DNA of 64,000 bases from a virus (Duplodnaviria > Caudoviricetes): positions 1-64,000 of IMG/VR virus record IMGVR_UViG_3300016657_000022, one strand, 5' to 3'. Below are positions 51,969-63,100 of the stretch, in pieces (within the stretch, counting starts at the first letter, position 1; the number at the start of each line of letters is the position of its first letter). A program made the position numbers and the translations under genes. Below the pieces are notes generated by a model. The model saw nothing but the letters and a program-made list of their open reading frames with translations, was not told the DNA's origin and ran no database searches.

Positions 51969-54649
51969 TGGGTCTCTTTGGTAGCAAGAAGACCTACGTT
52001 TCTTCGACGGTCCAGAATTTGGCTGGACCCGAGAAGGACAGGCCAAACTACCTCAAGACCACGGTGATTGGCAGTGTCCTCGCAGATCAGGAGGACATTG
52101 CCGACACCCTTCAGCGTGCCTACCTCAAGGGGCCGGGAATGAAGCTGCGTAGCTTCTTCCGTTGGTCCAAGCTCGGCGATAACTTCGACGCCATCGGTCT
52201 ACCGACCGCCACCATCGGCACCGTCAAGAACGTGAACGGCTACACCATCGGGACACAGATCCCAGTTGGTGCCGGTCAGTCTGTGCAGGTACAGACTGCC
52301 GAGATCGGCTTTGCCGATTATTCCTACTGGGCCGAGCAGTATATTCTGGCGAATGATCCGGGTAGCTTCGACACCGAGTGGACGGCAGACATCAACAACG
52401 ACACGGATGTCATCACCATCACATGGGAAGACAATTCGATCACGTCGTTCAGCCCGGCTGATTTCGACCGGGATGCCCAGTATATTTACGCTGCCTACCT
52501 TGTGACCAAGAGCGGTGAGGCCGGACCCATTCAAACTGGGACCACCATCGACCTTGGGACTGGGGCTTTTCCCAGCACTTCCGGGTGGGTGCTTATCACG
52601 TCCAGCACATCGAATGTGCCTGTGACGCTGCACACGACCGTCAATAAGACGATGAGCTATTCCGATGGTCGTCCGAATGAGACGAGCACGTCCACTTCGA
52701 CCAACGATACGACCTATGTTCTCTACTCGGCTGAGTATCAGCGTGAGACCTATGAGGGCACGGATACCGATCTGTTTGGGCCGGATGAGACCACGAAGCT
52801 GGTGGAGTACATGTACTTCAACCAGACCAGCAACGTGGGTTCGACCACCACGACGGATACCACGACCGAGGATATTGGGGGTGGTGTCACCAAGACGACT
52901 GTGACCGAAACGATCACGGAGAGTCTGACGATCAACCGCAAATACCGGATCGACAAGCAGACCGTCACGATCAAGTCGTGGACCGGGCCGTACATGTTCA
53001 TCTATCGCCTTGGTTCCGGCAACGCCGTTCTCGATGCCATGCTGGATGAGCAGGATGGGGATGACCGCTTTGGCAATGCCGAGTTCTTTCCGACGATCCC
53101 GATCCGCATGAACAACAAGTTTGTCTCCTCGACCTACCTTCCTGATGCCTACGCTGAGGGCAAAAAGGGCTTCAAGAAGGCTGTCGATGGGAAGTTCGAT
53201 GATGTAGTGGATGAGCTGTCCGACGCCGAGAACCTCAGTGATATGGACTACATCTATGTCGCTTTCGGGGTGTCTGCGAACGTCGTAGACAACTCTTGCC
53301 GGAAGTACATTTATGAGTTCTTTCTGGCTCTGTCTCAGGCCCAGAACACATCCTCCAGCGACTATGCCGCTTGGAAGGCTCAGCTCGATGCCTACCAAGC
53401 CAGCCTAGACGCATGGATGGAATGGAAGCGAGACCAGTCCAATCCCTTCAGCTCTGGCTTTGGGGATGATGAGCCGTCTGTGTCGCCGTACCCGACGCTG
53501 CCCAGCTCGCAGCTCAACCTCAAGGCCAATGGCGACACGGACCTGAATTATCAGATCCAGTTGTCGTGGCAGAGCATTTCAGAGGTTGCAGGTGGTGGGC
53601 TGGCCAAGGCCGGAGCCAAGAACAATGAAGTGTGGTTCCAGTACCTTGGGGCCGACAATACGCAGGACATGCTCTATTATGCCAAGAACCTGATCCCGGT
53701 CGGCGGTACGACTGTGGGCCGCTGGCGGCTGTATTGGCAGTTGGATCAGGACACTTGGAAGGCCCTCGACATCGTGGGCATGGTTCATCGGAACTACATC
53801 TACAACGGCAAGTATGTAGAGACGACGCTGACCGATGCCATCAACGATGATGAAGACTCGGGCTTCATCGTTCCGCTGCACTATCCGACGCTGAAGTCGA
53901 TGTCTCTGGTGGACACCACTCAGATGAGCACGGCTTGCGTGTTCATGGTGTTCAACAGCTATGTCGTGAAAAAGACGGGTCTCCTCGGATCCCTGTTCTT
54001 CAAGATCTTCCTGATCGTCGTCATCATCGTGGTGATCGTCTACGCTCCGCAGCTTGCCCCAACACTGGCTAATGCCGCTGCTGCAACAGGCACGGCTATT
54101 GGTCTTTCGGGTACGGCTGCCCTCGTGGCAGGTGCAGCGATCAACGCCATTGCTGCCATGGTAATCACGTCGGTCATCATGAAGGCGAGCATTGCTGTTT
54201 TCGGCCAGCGTCTGGGCTTTATCATCGGGACCATCGCTTCCATCGTGGCGATGAACGGGATGACCAATCTCATCAACGGTCAGGGCTTGACGCTGAACTT
54301 CGGGAACATGATGTCTGCCCAGAACCTGACGATGCTGACCTCGGCCATCGGCAACGTGTATGCCCGGTTCGTGGCTCTCGACACCATGGACACGATGAAG
54401 AAGACCGAGGAGCTGCAAGAGGAGCTGGTCAAGAAGACCAAGGAGATCTCTCAACTCTATGCAGACACATTCGGCTATGGTAGTGGGATCATTGACCCGC
54501 TGGCCCTGCTCGATAGTAGCAACATGTTGGTGGAAAGCTCGTCTCAGTTCCTCGACCGGACACTGATGACAGGTTCTGACATCGCTGAGTTGTCTGTCAC
54601 CATGCTTCACTCGTTTGCAGACATCACGCTCAATTTGGACCTGCAATAG
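51968..54649 (+). CDS. N4 gp53-like virion protein
   Basis: MGLFGSKKTYVSS; FIVPLHY; C-terminal hydrophobic stretches. Confidence 0.82.
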   Translation: MGLFGSKKTYVSSTVQNLAGPEKDRPNYLKTTVIGSVLADQEDIADTLQRAYLKGPGMKLRSFFRWSKLGDNFDAIGLPTATIGTVKNVNGYTIGTQIPVGAGQSVQVQTAEIGFADYSYWAEQYILANDPGSFDTEWTADINNDTDVITITWEDNSITSFSPADFDRDAQYIYAAYLVTKSGEAGPIQTGTTIDLGTGAFPSTSGWVLITSSTSNVPVTLHTTVNKTMSYSDGRPNETSTSTSTNDTTYVLYSAEYQRETYEGTDTDLFGPDETTKLVEYMYFNQTSNVGSTTTTDTTTEDIGGGVTKTTVTETITESLTINRKYRIDKQTVTIKSWTGPYMFIYRLGSGNAVLDAMLDEQDGDDRFGNAEFFPTIPIRMNNKFVSSTYLPDAYAEGKKGFKKAVDGKFDDVVDELSDAENLSDMDYIYVAFGVSANVVDNSCRKYIYEFFLALSQAQNTSSSDYAAWKAQLDAYQASLDAWMEWKRDQSNPFSSGFGDDEPSVSPYPTLPSSQLNLKANGDTDLNYQIQLSWQSISEVAGGGLAKAGAKNNEVWFQYLGADNTQDMLYYAKNLIPVGGTTVGRWRLYWQLDQDTWKALDIVGMVHRNYIYNGKYVETTLTDAINDDEDSGFIVPLHYPTLKSMSLVDTTQMSTACVFMVFNSYVVKKTGLLGSLFFKIFLIVVIIVVIVYAPQLAPTLANAAAATGTAIGLSGTAALVAGAAINAIAAMVITSVIMKASIAVFGQRLGFIIGTIASIVAMNGMTNLINGQGLTLNFGNMMSAQNLTMLTSAIGNVYARFVALDTMDTMKKTEELQEELVKKTKEISQLYADTFGYGSGIIDPLALLDSSNMLVESSSQFLDRTLMTGSDIAELSVTMLHSFADITLNLDLQ

Positions 54650-54672
54650 CAGGGGAATAGGGATAAACGCCA

Positions 54673-55104
54673 ATGGCTGGTCTGGATGACATCATCGTCA
54701 ACCCCAATGCTCTGTCGAGCATCTCCTCGCTGAGCAGCCTTTCGACTCTGCCCAAGATCGACTTGAGTGCATATGACGGTCTGGTCCCCACGACCACGAC
54801 GACCAGCACCAATCCCCTTGGTTCTGGTAGCGGTCTGGGCCTGAACCTCGATACGCTGAAGCTGGGTCTGACTGGCCTTTCGACGGTCGGCAATCTCTAT
54901 GCCGCCCTTCAGGCTAACAGTCTGGCGAACAAGCAGTTCGACTTCACGAAGGCATATGCCAACGCGAACATGGCCAATCAGGTCCAGTCCTACAATACGA
55001 CCCTTGCTGACCGGCTGAACAGTCGAGCCAAGGTGGAAGGCACCTCCGCCGAGGATGCTGCCGCCGAGATCGCGAAGAACAGCCTGAAGAACGTGACGCT
55101 CTAA
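54673..55104 (+). CDS. N4 gp52-like internal virion protein
   Basis: Gly/Leu/Asn-rich; NQVQSYNTTLADR. Confidence 0.75.
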   Translation: MAGLDDIIVNPNALSSISSLSSLSTLPKIDLSAYDGLVPTTTTTSTNPLGSGSGLGLNLDTLKLGLTGLSTVGNLYAALQANSLANKQFDFTKAYANANMANQVQSYNTTLADRLNSRAKVEGTSAEDAAAEIAKNSLKNVTL

Positions 55105-55114
55105 GGAAACAGCT

Positions 55115-57091
55115 ATGGCCCAGCTCACTTGGCGGGAACTTTCCGCCCCGGACTTTAGCTCCAGCCTTCGTGGCACCGAGCTGTTTGCGAACCTGCTCAA
55201 CCGGGCCACCTCTGGTCTGGAAGCGGGTGTGGAGGCGTTCGACCAGAGCCGGACGGACCGTGTGAACAACGATCTGGCCCTGCGAATTGCAGGTGCCACG
55301 GATCCAGAAGCTGCCAAGGCACTCGCTGCCGGTCTGGCTACGGATCCGAATGCTCGTCGTATCACGGCCCAGTCTGCTGCACTTGCTGCTGCCCGTCCCG
55401 GCCAGCTTATCGCTCAGGCTGCTCAGGAGCAGAACCTGACGGATATGCAGCGTGCATCGGCTCAGGGCATTGCTGCTGATGCTCTGGCGTCGGATCAGGC
55501 CCGAGCACAGGCTGCCCGCTTTGCAGGCAAGCCCGATCTGGCACTGGAAGCCAGCATCAATGATCGTCTGGGATCGGTCGGTTTCAAGACTGCCGGTGCC
55601 ATCACTGATGCACTTCAGCAGGCAGAGACCCGTGGTCTCGGCAATGATGCCACTCGTCTTGGTATGGACAATACCCGACTGGGTATGGAGCAGACTCGCC
55701 AGAACATGGAGTTCGCTCGTGACACCCATAACTGGGAGGTCAGCGACCGTAACGACATGAAGGCCGGTCAGAATGCCTTCCTTGCGATGCAGGGCATGGC
55801 CACTTCGCCGGAGTCGGCTCTCGCTGCCTTCTCGGATGGTCAGTTCGCCAGCCTGTCGCCGGGTGCGAAGATGTACGCCCTTCAGCAGCTCAACCAGAGC
55901 TGGGGCAACATCTACCAGCCGCAGCAGCTTGCTGGTGTAGCAGGCTTCTCTGGTTCGCCTGCCGGTGGCGGCAATGGCTTCACCATGCAGGTGGGTGGTG
56001 CTCAGCTTCCCTCGTCGGTTCGTACCATCGGGGATGCTGTGAACTACGGGGAGAACGTCCTTATCCCGCAGACCCGGAACAGTGCCCAGTACGGTCTTCA
56101 GGGCACCGGCAAGGGAACCAGTGCGATGGGGGCGTATCAGATCGTCTCCTCGACGCTGAAAGCGGTTGCCCCCAAGGTGTTCGGTGCTGATTGGAAAAAT
56201 CAGGACTTCACCAACCCGCAGGTGCAGGATCGTCTGGCTGAACGGATCTTCAACGACAACAAGGGTTCGGCTGCTTCGCTCCGTGCCCAGTGGCAGTCGC
56301 TGTCTCCTGCTCAGGCACAGGCACTGGTCGGCAAGTCGTGGGCACAGGCTCGGGACATCATCTCCCGTGGCGAGACTGGCACGTCTGCTTCTTCGATCCT
56401 TGCATCGACGACGGGTGCCCAGCTTCGTCAGGCTCAGGACAATGCTCCGAAGTCGAATGCTGGTGCTTTAATCGACGCTGCTGTGTCCGGCTCGAACAAT
56501 CCCCGTGAGGTGGTCAGCCAGCTTCAGGCCGGTGCATTCAAGGGCACGAACACCCAGTTCCTGCACAGCCAGCTCGATGACATTGTTCGTCGTGGTGGTG
56601 GAAAGATCACCTATGGTCAGGCCGGTGTGATCCTGAATGATGCTCTCCGTGAGAACAACGACTCGTGGGGTGTGACCAACTGGCTGATAGGCAACTCGGC
56701 TCGGGTGAACCGGAATGGCGACCGTATCAACGGCCAGTACGTCACCAACGAGATCGAGCGTGCCCGTAGTGGTGGTCTGGTGCAAGATGCTGCCCGTCAG
56801 GGTGATGTCACCACGGGCATCCAGACGCTTCAGGCCGCCCAGCAGGCACAGGCTGCTGCTCAGGCCGAGTACCAGCAGACTGCTCAGCGTGTGGCAGTTC
56901 AGCCGGGTGCAGCCGCACAGCTTCCCCGCCTCAAGGCAAAGCTGGATGCTGCCAATGCTGCGGTCATCCGGGCACAAGGTAATGTGGAGAGGATTGCTGC
57001 TCCCCAGCCTGTGGCCACGACCCGAGGTCAGCCGGAAGGCGGCAGCTTCACCGATCAGCTCCGAAGCATGTTCGTTCTTCGTCGAAACTGA
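55115..57091 (+). CDS. N4 gp51-like ejected protein with lysozyme-like domain
   Basis: MAQLTWR start; SAMGAYQIVSSTL...QVQDRLA...LRAQWQSL. Confidence 0.75.
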   Translation: MAQLTWRELSAPDFSSSLRGTELFANLLNRATSGLEAGVEAFDQSRTDRVNNDLALRIAGATDPEAAKALAAGLATDPNARRITAQSAALAAARPGQLIAQAAQEQNLTDMQRASAQGIAADALASDQARAQAARFAGKPDLALEASINDRLGSVGFKTAGAITDALQQAETRGLGNDATRLGMDNTRLGMEQTRQNMEFARDTHNWEVSDRNDMKAGQNAFLAMQGMATSPESALAAFSDGQFASLSPGAKMYALQQLNQSWGNIYQPQQLAGVAGFSGSPAGGGNGFTMQVGGAQLPSSVRTIGDAVNYGENVLIPQTRNSAQYGLQGTGKGTSAMGAYQIVSSTLKAVAPKVFGADWKNQDFTNPQVQDRLAERIFNDNKGSAASLRAQWQSLSPAQAQALVGKSWAQARDIISRGETGTSASSILASTTGAQLRQAQDNAPKSNAGALIDAAVSGSNNPREVVSQLQAGAFKGTNTQFLHSQLDDIVRRGGGKITYGQAGVILNDALRENNDSWGVTNWLIGNSARVNRNGDRINGQYVTNEIERARSGGLVQDAARQGDVTTGIQTLQAAQQAQAAAQAEYQQTAQRVAVQPGAAAQLPRLKAKLDAANAAVIRAQGNVERIAAPQPVATTRGQPEGGSFTDQLRSMFVLRRN

Positions 57092-57096
57092 AAAAG

Positions 57097-57127
57097 AAAA
57101 CCCCCGATTGAAAGATAGGGGGTTTTT
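57097..57127. terminator. Terminator-like hairpin before vRNAP
   Basis: AAAACCCC...GGGGTTTTT. Confidence 0.6.
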
Positions 57128-57165
57128 GATATGACGGCACCTCAACCATGCGAGGAAGGTGCCTC

Positions 57166-60100
57166 ATGGCTAGTCGTTATCAGGACTTGCTGAATATCTA
57201 TACGCAGTCCAATCCCATTCTGAATACGAAGCTGTTTGACACGTCTGACATGGCTCAGACCAAGGCAGCGGAGGTAGAACGGGCATCGGCAGCCAAGCAG
57301 GCAGAAGCCAATGGTAGCCCGGACGGCTACAACCTCGCTACCATGCGTGCCACTGGTTCCGGCGTAGCATCGGCAAAGCCGATTGATCGTGACTATGTGA
57401 CGCTCTCCCCTTTCCAATTTGAGCTGAAGTACGGTGCTGACACCCGTGCCCAGTATGCTGCTGCTGAAGCGTCCGGCGAGTCGGCACGTCGTGCAGGCAC
57501 TCAGGGAACCCGTGACGGCTATCAGATCGCCGGGGACTCGGCCAATTCGGCTCTGATGGGCTTTGCCAATGCCTTTGGTGGCATCGGTGCTCTCGCCACT
57601 GGCCTTGTCAGCGATGATGCCGGTGCATGGGTCAGCACCAAGTTGGGCCAGCTCAACCAGTTCAGTCAGAGCCTTCAGTCTCGTGAGCTGAACGCCAGCC
57701 GGGCCGCCTACGGTTCCCAGAACGAGCTGGATGCTGCCGACAACAAGGCTGAGGCTGCACAGGTCACGAAGGACTACGGCAAGATTGCCGGTGGCACCTA
57801 CCGTTTCCTGAACGACGCCTATGACAGTTTGGGCAATGCCCTCAAGGATCCGAACATGGCAGCCGATACGGTTGCCTCCGGTGTCGGCTCGTTGTTTGCT
57901 GGTGGTCCTCTGTCGAAGGGTCTTCGGGCCATTGGCACGGCTACCATCGGTCGGTTGGGTGCTTCGGAGGCCATTGCTGCTGCTGCCAGCCGTGCATCGA
58001 CGGGGCGGTTCCTCGGTACGAGTGACCGTCTGCTCCTGAGCACGGCTGAACATGCTCCGATGACGGCTGCCATTGGTCTGATGGAAGGTGGTGGTGCCTA
58101 CCAGCAGACGGTAGACCAGTCTTATCAGGAACTGATTGCTCAGGGTGTCGCCCCGGAAGAGGCCGCACGTCGGGCCAATGCTGCCGGTCTGGAAGCTGCT
58201 GCCATCCAGACGCCGATTGCTGCCGCCACTGGCCGACTGGTCAGCAAGTTCGAGGGGCATCCCACCCGAGTCGGATCGCTGTCCAGTGCTGCTGGCAACA
58301 TGATCCGTGAGACGGTGGAGGAAACTGCCCAGTCTGCTGCCGGTCAGGTGGCCCAGAATGTGGGTATGCGTGACAACGTGAACCCCAATCAGGATCTGCT
58401 GGAAGGCGTCGGTGAACAGGCTGCCCTTGGTGGTCTGGGTGGCCTTGGTTCCGCTGGGCTTGCTCAGGCTCCGGGTGTCACTTTCCGTGCTTCGGTGGAG
58501 ACGGCCAAGCTGCCGTTTAAGGCTCTCGGTGCTGGCCTGAAGTATCAGGCTGATCGAGTCCGGGCCAACAACCAGAAGGTGCAGGACCAGCTCCTGTCGG
58601 GTCTCTACGATCAGGCCGATCAGGCTGTGCCCGATGCACAGGCCGAGATGGAACAGGTCATCGCCAATGCCAACCCGTCTGTGTCCGGGGATCTCGGTCG
58701 CTGGGCTGGTGAGCAGGTGAACCGTCTCCAGCAGTCGAAGGCTATTCAGGCTGCTGCCCAGACGGTCATGGCCAAGGGCGGTGCCGTCAAAGACAAGCTG
58801 GCGTCCTACTTCCAAGTCCGTGATGGCGTGCAGGAAATGCAGGCTGCTCAGGATGAGGCCACCCCGGCTGGTGCCGAGAACACGACCATGCAGAGCATCA
58901 AGGATGCTGCGGTCAATGTCACCCAGTCTCAGGCTGTTCAGGACTCGCTCGCCAAGGGCAAGTTGATGGTCAAGTCGGCTGCTTCGGTGGTCAATGCCAA
59001 TGTGCGTGCTGCCCTCAGTCGTATGACGGCCACCCAGAACAACACCCCCGACAGTGAGGGTGCTGCGAACCTGAACGATCAGGCTCAGGTGATGGCTGGT
59101 ATTGCTGCCGACGCGCCGGAATTGGTGGATACCAAGGCTGCCGAGCAGGTTCTGTATCATGACAGTCAGGGCACCATTGCCCTGAGTGCTCCTCAGCGTA
59201 ATGCCCTGCGTACCGCTGTGGCAGCGGGTAAGGCTGCCCAGTCGGGATCGGAACTGGCTTCGACCTTTGGTCTAGCTGACGCTGATGCGGTGAGCCGTCA
59301 GGTTCTGACGGATAAGCCCAAGGAAGGCAGCAACCTTTCGCTGAATGGCCATCTTCAGGGGATTGCTTCGGCGTACAACTCGGGTGATCTCCAGCTCGCT
59401 TCCCAGCGTCTGACTGACCTTCGCCGCTTTGCTCAGCACCTGAGCAACAAGGTGGTCTCGTTCAATGATGCTCTGGCCGGGGGGAACACGAACGAGAATA
59501 ACGCAGTCTCGTTCCCTGCACTGGTGAACGGTCGCTTCATCCCCGACAGCGGAAAGACCTACTTCCAGCCCCGGAGTGCTCGCTCCGTCCAGTTGGCTCA
59601 AGAGGTCGCCGTACAGGCCCGAACGGTCGCTGACGCGGTGAACAACCTGAGTGACGCTTTCCCCGATCTGGGCATCGAACATATTGAGCCTGCCGTTCTT
59701 GACGCCTCTCTGTCTGGAAAGGCGGAAACCGTTGCGAATGAATACCGCAATGGTCAGCGTACCGTTCCCAACAGCGAGACGAAGGGTGTCCAATCCGAGA
59801 CGGCGGAACCTGCACAGGCATCTGAGGTCGCCGAACCGGAAGCTGCACCTGTAGAAGAACAGGCTGCAACTGACTCGCAGCTTAACGCAGATCAGATCAC
59901 AAGTGAACAGTCTGATGCACCCGTCGCAAATGAAGCACAGGTGCAAGACGAACCGACTGTAACTTCAGAGGAAGTGCCTTCGGCTGAACCAGTGGAAGAG
60001 ACTGCTCCCGCTGCGAAGACGGAACAGGCTGCACCGGAAGCTGCGTCGGAGACTGCTCCTGCTGAGGCTCCTCGCTTTGGTGGGACCGAAAACCGTATTA

Positions 60101-63100
60101 GCAAGGCATTCCGTGCCGCCAAGACGGCTACTAGCCGGATCATGGACAGTGACTCACCGCTCCAGACGATCCGTGATGCCTTCAAAAGTAAGGAAGCTCT
60201 GGAAGAACTGATCGGCTCGAAGCTGAACCGTGGCTATTCGGTCGAGGTTTCCAAGGCGTACACCAACTTCCTGAAGCTGGGTGATGGTCTAAAGACCATC
60301 ATGGAAGAGCGTCTTCAGTCTGCACTGAAGGCGAAGCTCGACCGTGGGCTGAAGCCGGAAGATATGGTGAACTTCCTTGAGGGTGGTGCTCTCAATGCTG
60401 TGATCCAGAACGAGGACGGTTCGTACTCGTATGATCCCAAGCTGCTAGAGGCTGCTACTCTGGCCGGTCTTCAGTGGTATCTGAAGATGAACAAGAACGG
60501 CACCCAGCTCGACGATAACGATATTCGTCAGATGTATGGCCTGTCGGACACCGTTCCTCTGCCGGATGGTCTGGCCGCCATGCTCAGTGAAGGTATGGGC
60601 GACACGGAAGTGTCTCGCTCGCTTGCTGCCGAGATCGGTCGTTTCTGGGGCATGGACATCAATCCGAATGCTCCGGCCAACTATGCCCAGTCTGCTCTTG
60701 AGGGCATGGCCAAGGAACTCATCGAGTCGATGGTTGCCGGTGGCCTGATCCAAGAGACGCAGGTGGACACCAAGGATGTCCTGAACGTCCCGCACGTCAG
60801 CCGGTACAGCCCGGTCCTGACGGAAGAGGTGGCCCGTGCTGATGGCTCGACCTACACCAAGCGTAAGGGTCCGGCTCTGGATGAGACGACTCTGGCTGGT
60901 CTTCGCCAGTTCCCGGCTGCCATCGAGAAGGCTGCCCTGATCGACGGTGAGGAAGTCAACTACGTCGGGGAGAAGCCGGGAGACCGCAACTCGAAGACCC
61001 AGCTTCGCAATCCGATGGTGGAGACGACTGACCAGCAGCGTCAGGTCATTGCCAAAGAACAGGCAACCGAGCACCGTATGAACATGCCCTTCGTGGGTAT
61101 GCTGACCCGTCTTGGTGAGGGCCTCACCATGCGTCTGTTCGGTGGTGGGGACACCAACGGTCCCCTGAACGTCAATGATCGTCGTTCACTGGAAGGCCGT
61201 AACCTGACGATGCAGTCGGCTTTCCGGTCGATCTTCAATCTGATGGCTGAAGTCCAGAACCGCTCGGATCTGGATAAGGTGGACCCGGCTGAGATGCCGG
61301 TGTTCTTCGACTACGCCTACACGGTCGTGAACCGTCTCCAGATGCTGGGCAAGGACAACCCGCAGAGCAACAAGCTCATGCGTGAAGCCGTCCTACCGAC
61401 GTGGAAGGAGATGGACCTCACTAACCCGGATATGCGTCTGGCCTTTTCCATGGGTCTGGCTCAGGCACTGGGCATCAAGGTTCATCAGAATAGCCAGCAG
61501 CAGACGCTGAAGGATTTGACCGAGAAGCTCGCTCAGTTCCCGAAGACGTTGGAGCTGCTCCGTGATGATGGGGAGCTGTCGGAAGCCGATGTCGATACGA
61601 TGAAGGCTGAAGGTGTGGACAGCCCTGTGGCTCTGCACGCTCTGATGGAATACGCCCGTCTGACCGACACTGCCCCGACTGACCGTAAGGCATTCCGTTC
61701 GGCTCTCTATTTCGAGGCTGACGGCGTGACGAACGGTGTGGTCAACGCGATGTCGCTGTTCAGCTCGAAGGATTTTACTGACACTTGGTTGTCGAACATC
61801 GAGCGTGGTGGTCTCTGGATCGGTGAGCAGGCGGCATCGCTGTTCAATCTCCGTAGCCGTGGCAACGGAAACGAGCTGGATCTCTATGGTGTGGCGGCGT
61901 CGAACACCTCCAACTACCTGACCGATCTGCTTCGCCGGAATGCTTCGGACCCGGCTGTGTCGGCCAAGCTCACGATGGTGAATGCCTTCCTTGTCCAGTA
62001 CCTGAAGGGCGTGGACATGGATGGGGACAAGCTCCTCCTGAAGCGTGACGTAGTGAAGAACCCGCTGACGATCACCGTCTATGGTTCGGGCACCAATGGC
62101 ATTGCCGGGAACCTGATGGATGAGGCCCTGTCCAAGCTGTACTCGGATCTGTCGGCTGCTGCTGGCCGGATGGCTGGTGACAAGAACCTGTCGCTGGCCG
62201 AGGCGATGTTCCCTGAGATGAGCAAGGCTGAGGCAACCCAGTCGCTCAAGGGGCTGGAAGCCTTGCTCTCGCAGCTCACTGGTTCCACGCTGGGCGTGTC
62301 GGAGAAGAGCCTCTACAACGAGGAGAACTCCAATCCCAATGTGACCATTGCTGATCCGGTCGAGTTCACTCTGTCGTCTGCCCAGAAGCAAGCGATGCAG
62401 AAGAACATCCTGCACGCTTTTGCTGAACCGATGGTGCAGGGCATTACCCAAACTGTGGGTGCTGACCTCATCGATAGCATGGGCACGATCAAGACCCAGA
62501 CGCAGGCTTGGTCTCTGGTCGGACAGTTCATGTTCCAGAACGAGTACGAGAAGGCCCTCGCTGCAAAGCGTAAGGCCAACCCGAACATGAACTCGTATGA
62601 GCTTCTGTCCCAATCTGAGACAGACGCCATCATGAAGAAGATCTCGGCTGACCTGCCCAGCTTTGGGACCGGCACCCAGAACTTCATGTTCGGGATGAAG
62701 CAGCGTCTCGATCTGCCCTTCATGACCAGTAAGAATGGCAAGCCTCTGAAGCTGGAGTTCAGCCGCTCGCTGACCGACAACATGCAGACTCCAGCGTTCG
62801 GCTATATGCCGGGCGATGCTGGTGTCTCCGGCCAGCCGGGACTGACCATCGGTTCGGGTGACGGACAGGCTGTCCAGAACATCATCATGAACCCGGAGAC
62901 TCCTGCCGAACGTCTTCAGATCTTCGACGGTATCCACTCGTCTGTAGCTGACATGAGCTTGATGGGCCGGGTGTCCAATCAGGGCGTGTACGACTCGTGG
63001 GCCAATAACCCGATGCGTAGTCTGGCCGAGGCGTTCGACACCTTCGTCAAGCAGGTGGACCTGTCCGGTCTGAATGAGCGTCAGCGTACTGCCCTGTTCC

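Noticed and set aside
36770-62937. Long minus-strand ORFs (36770-38863, 44936-46960, 48635-50152, 57142-59160, 61393-62937)
   Set aside because: Shadows of terminase, portal, MCP and vRNAP
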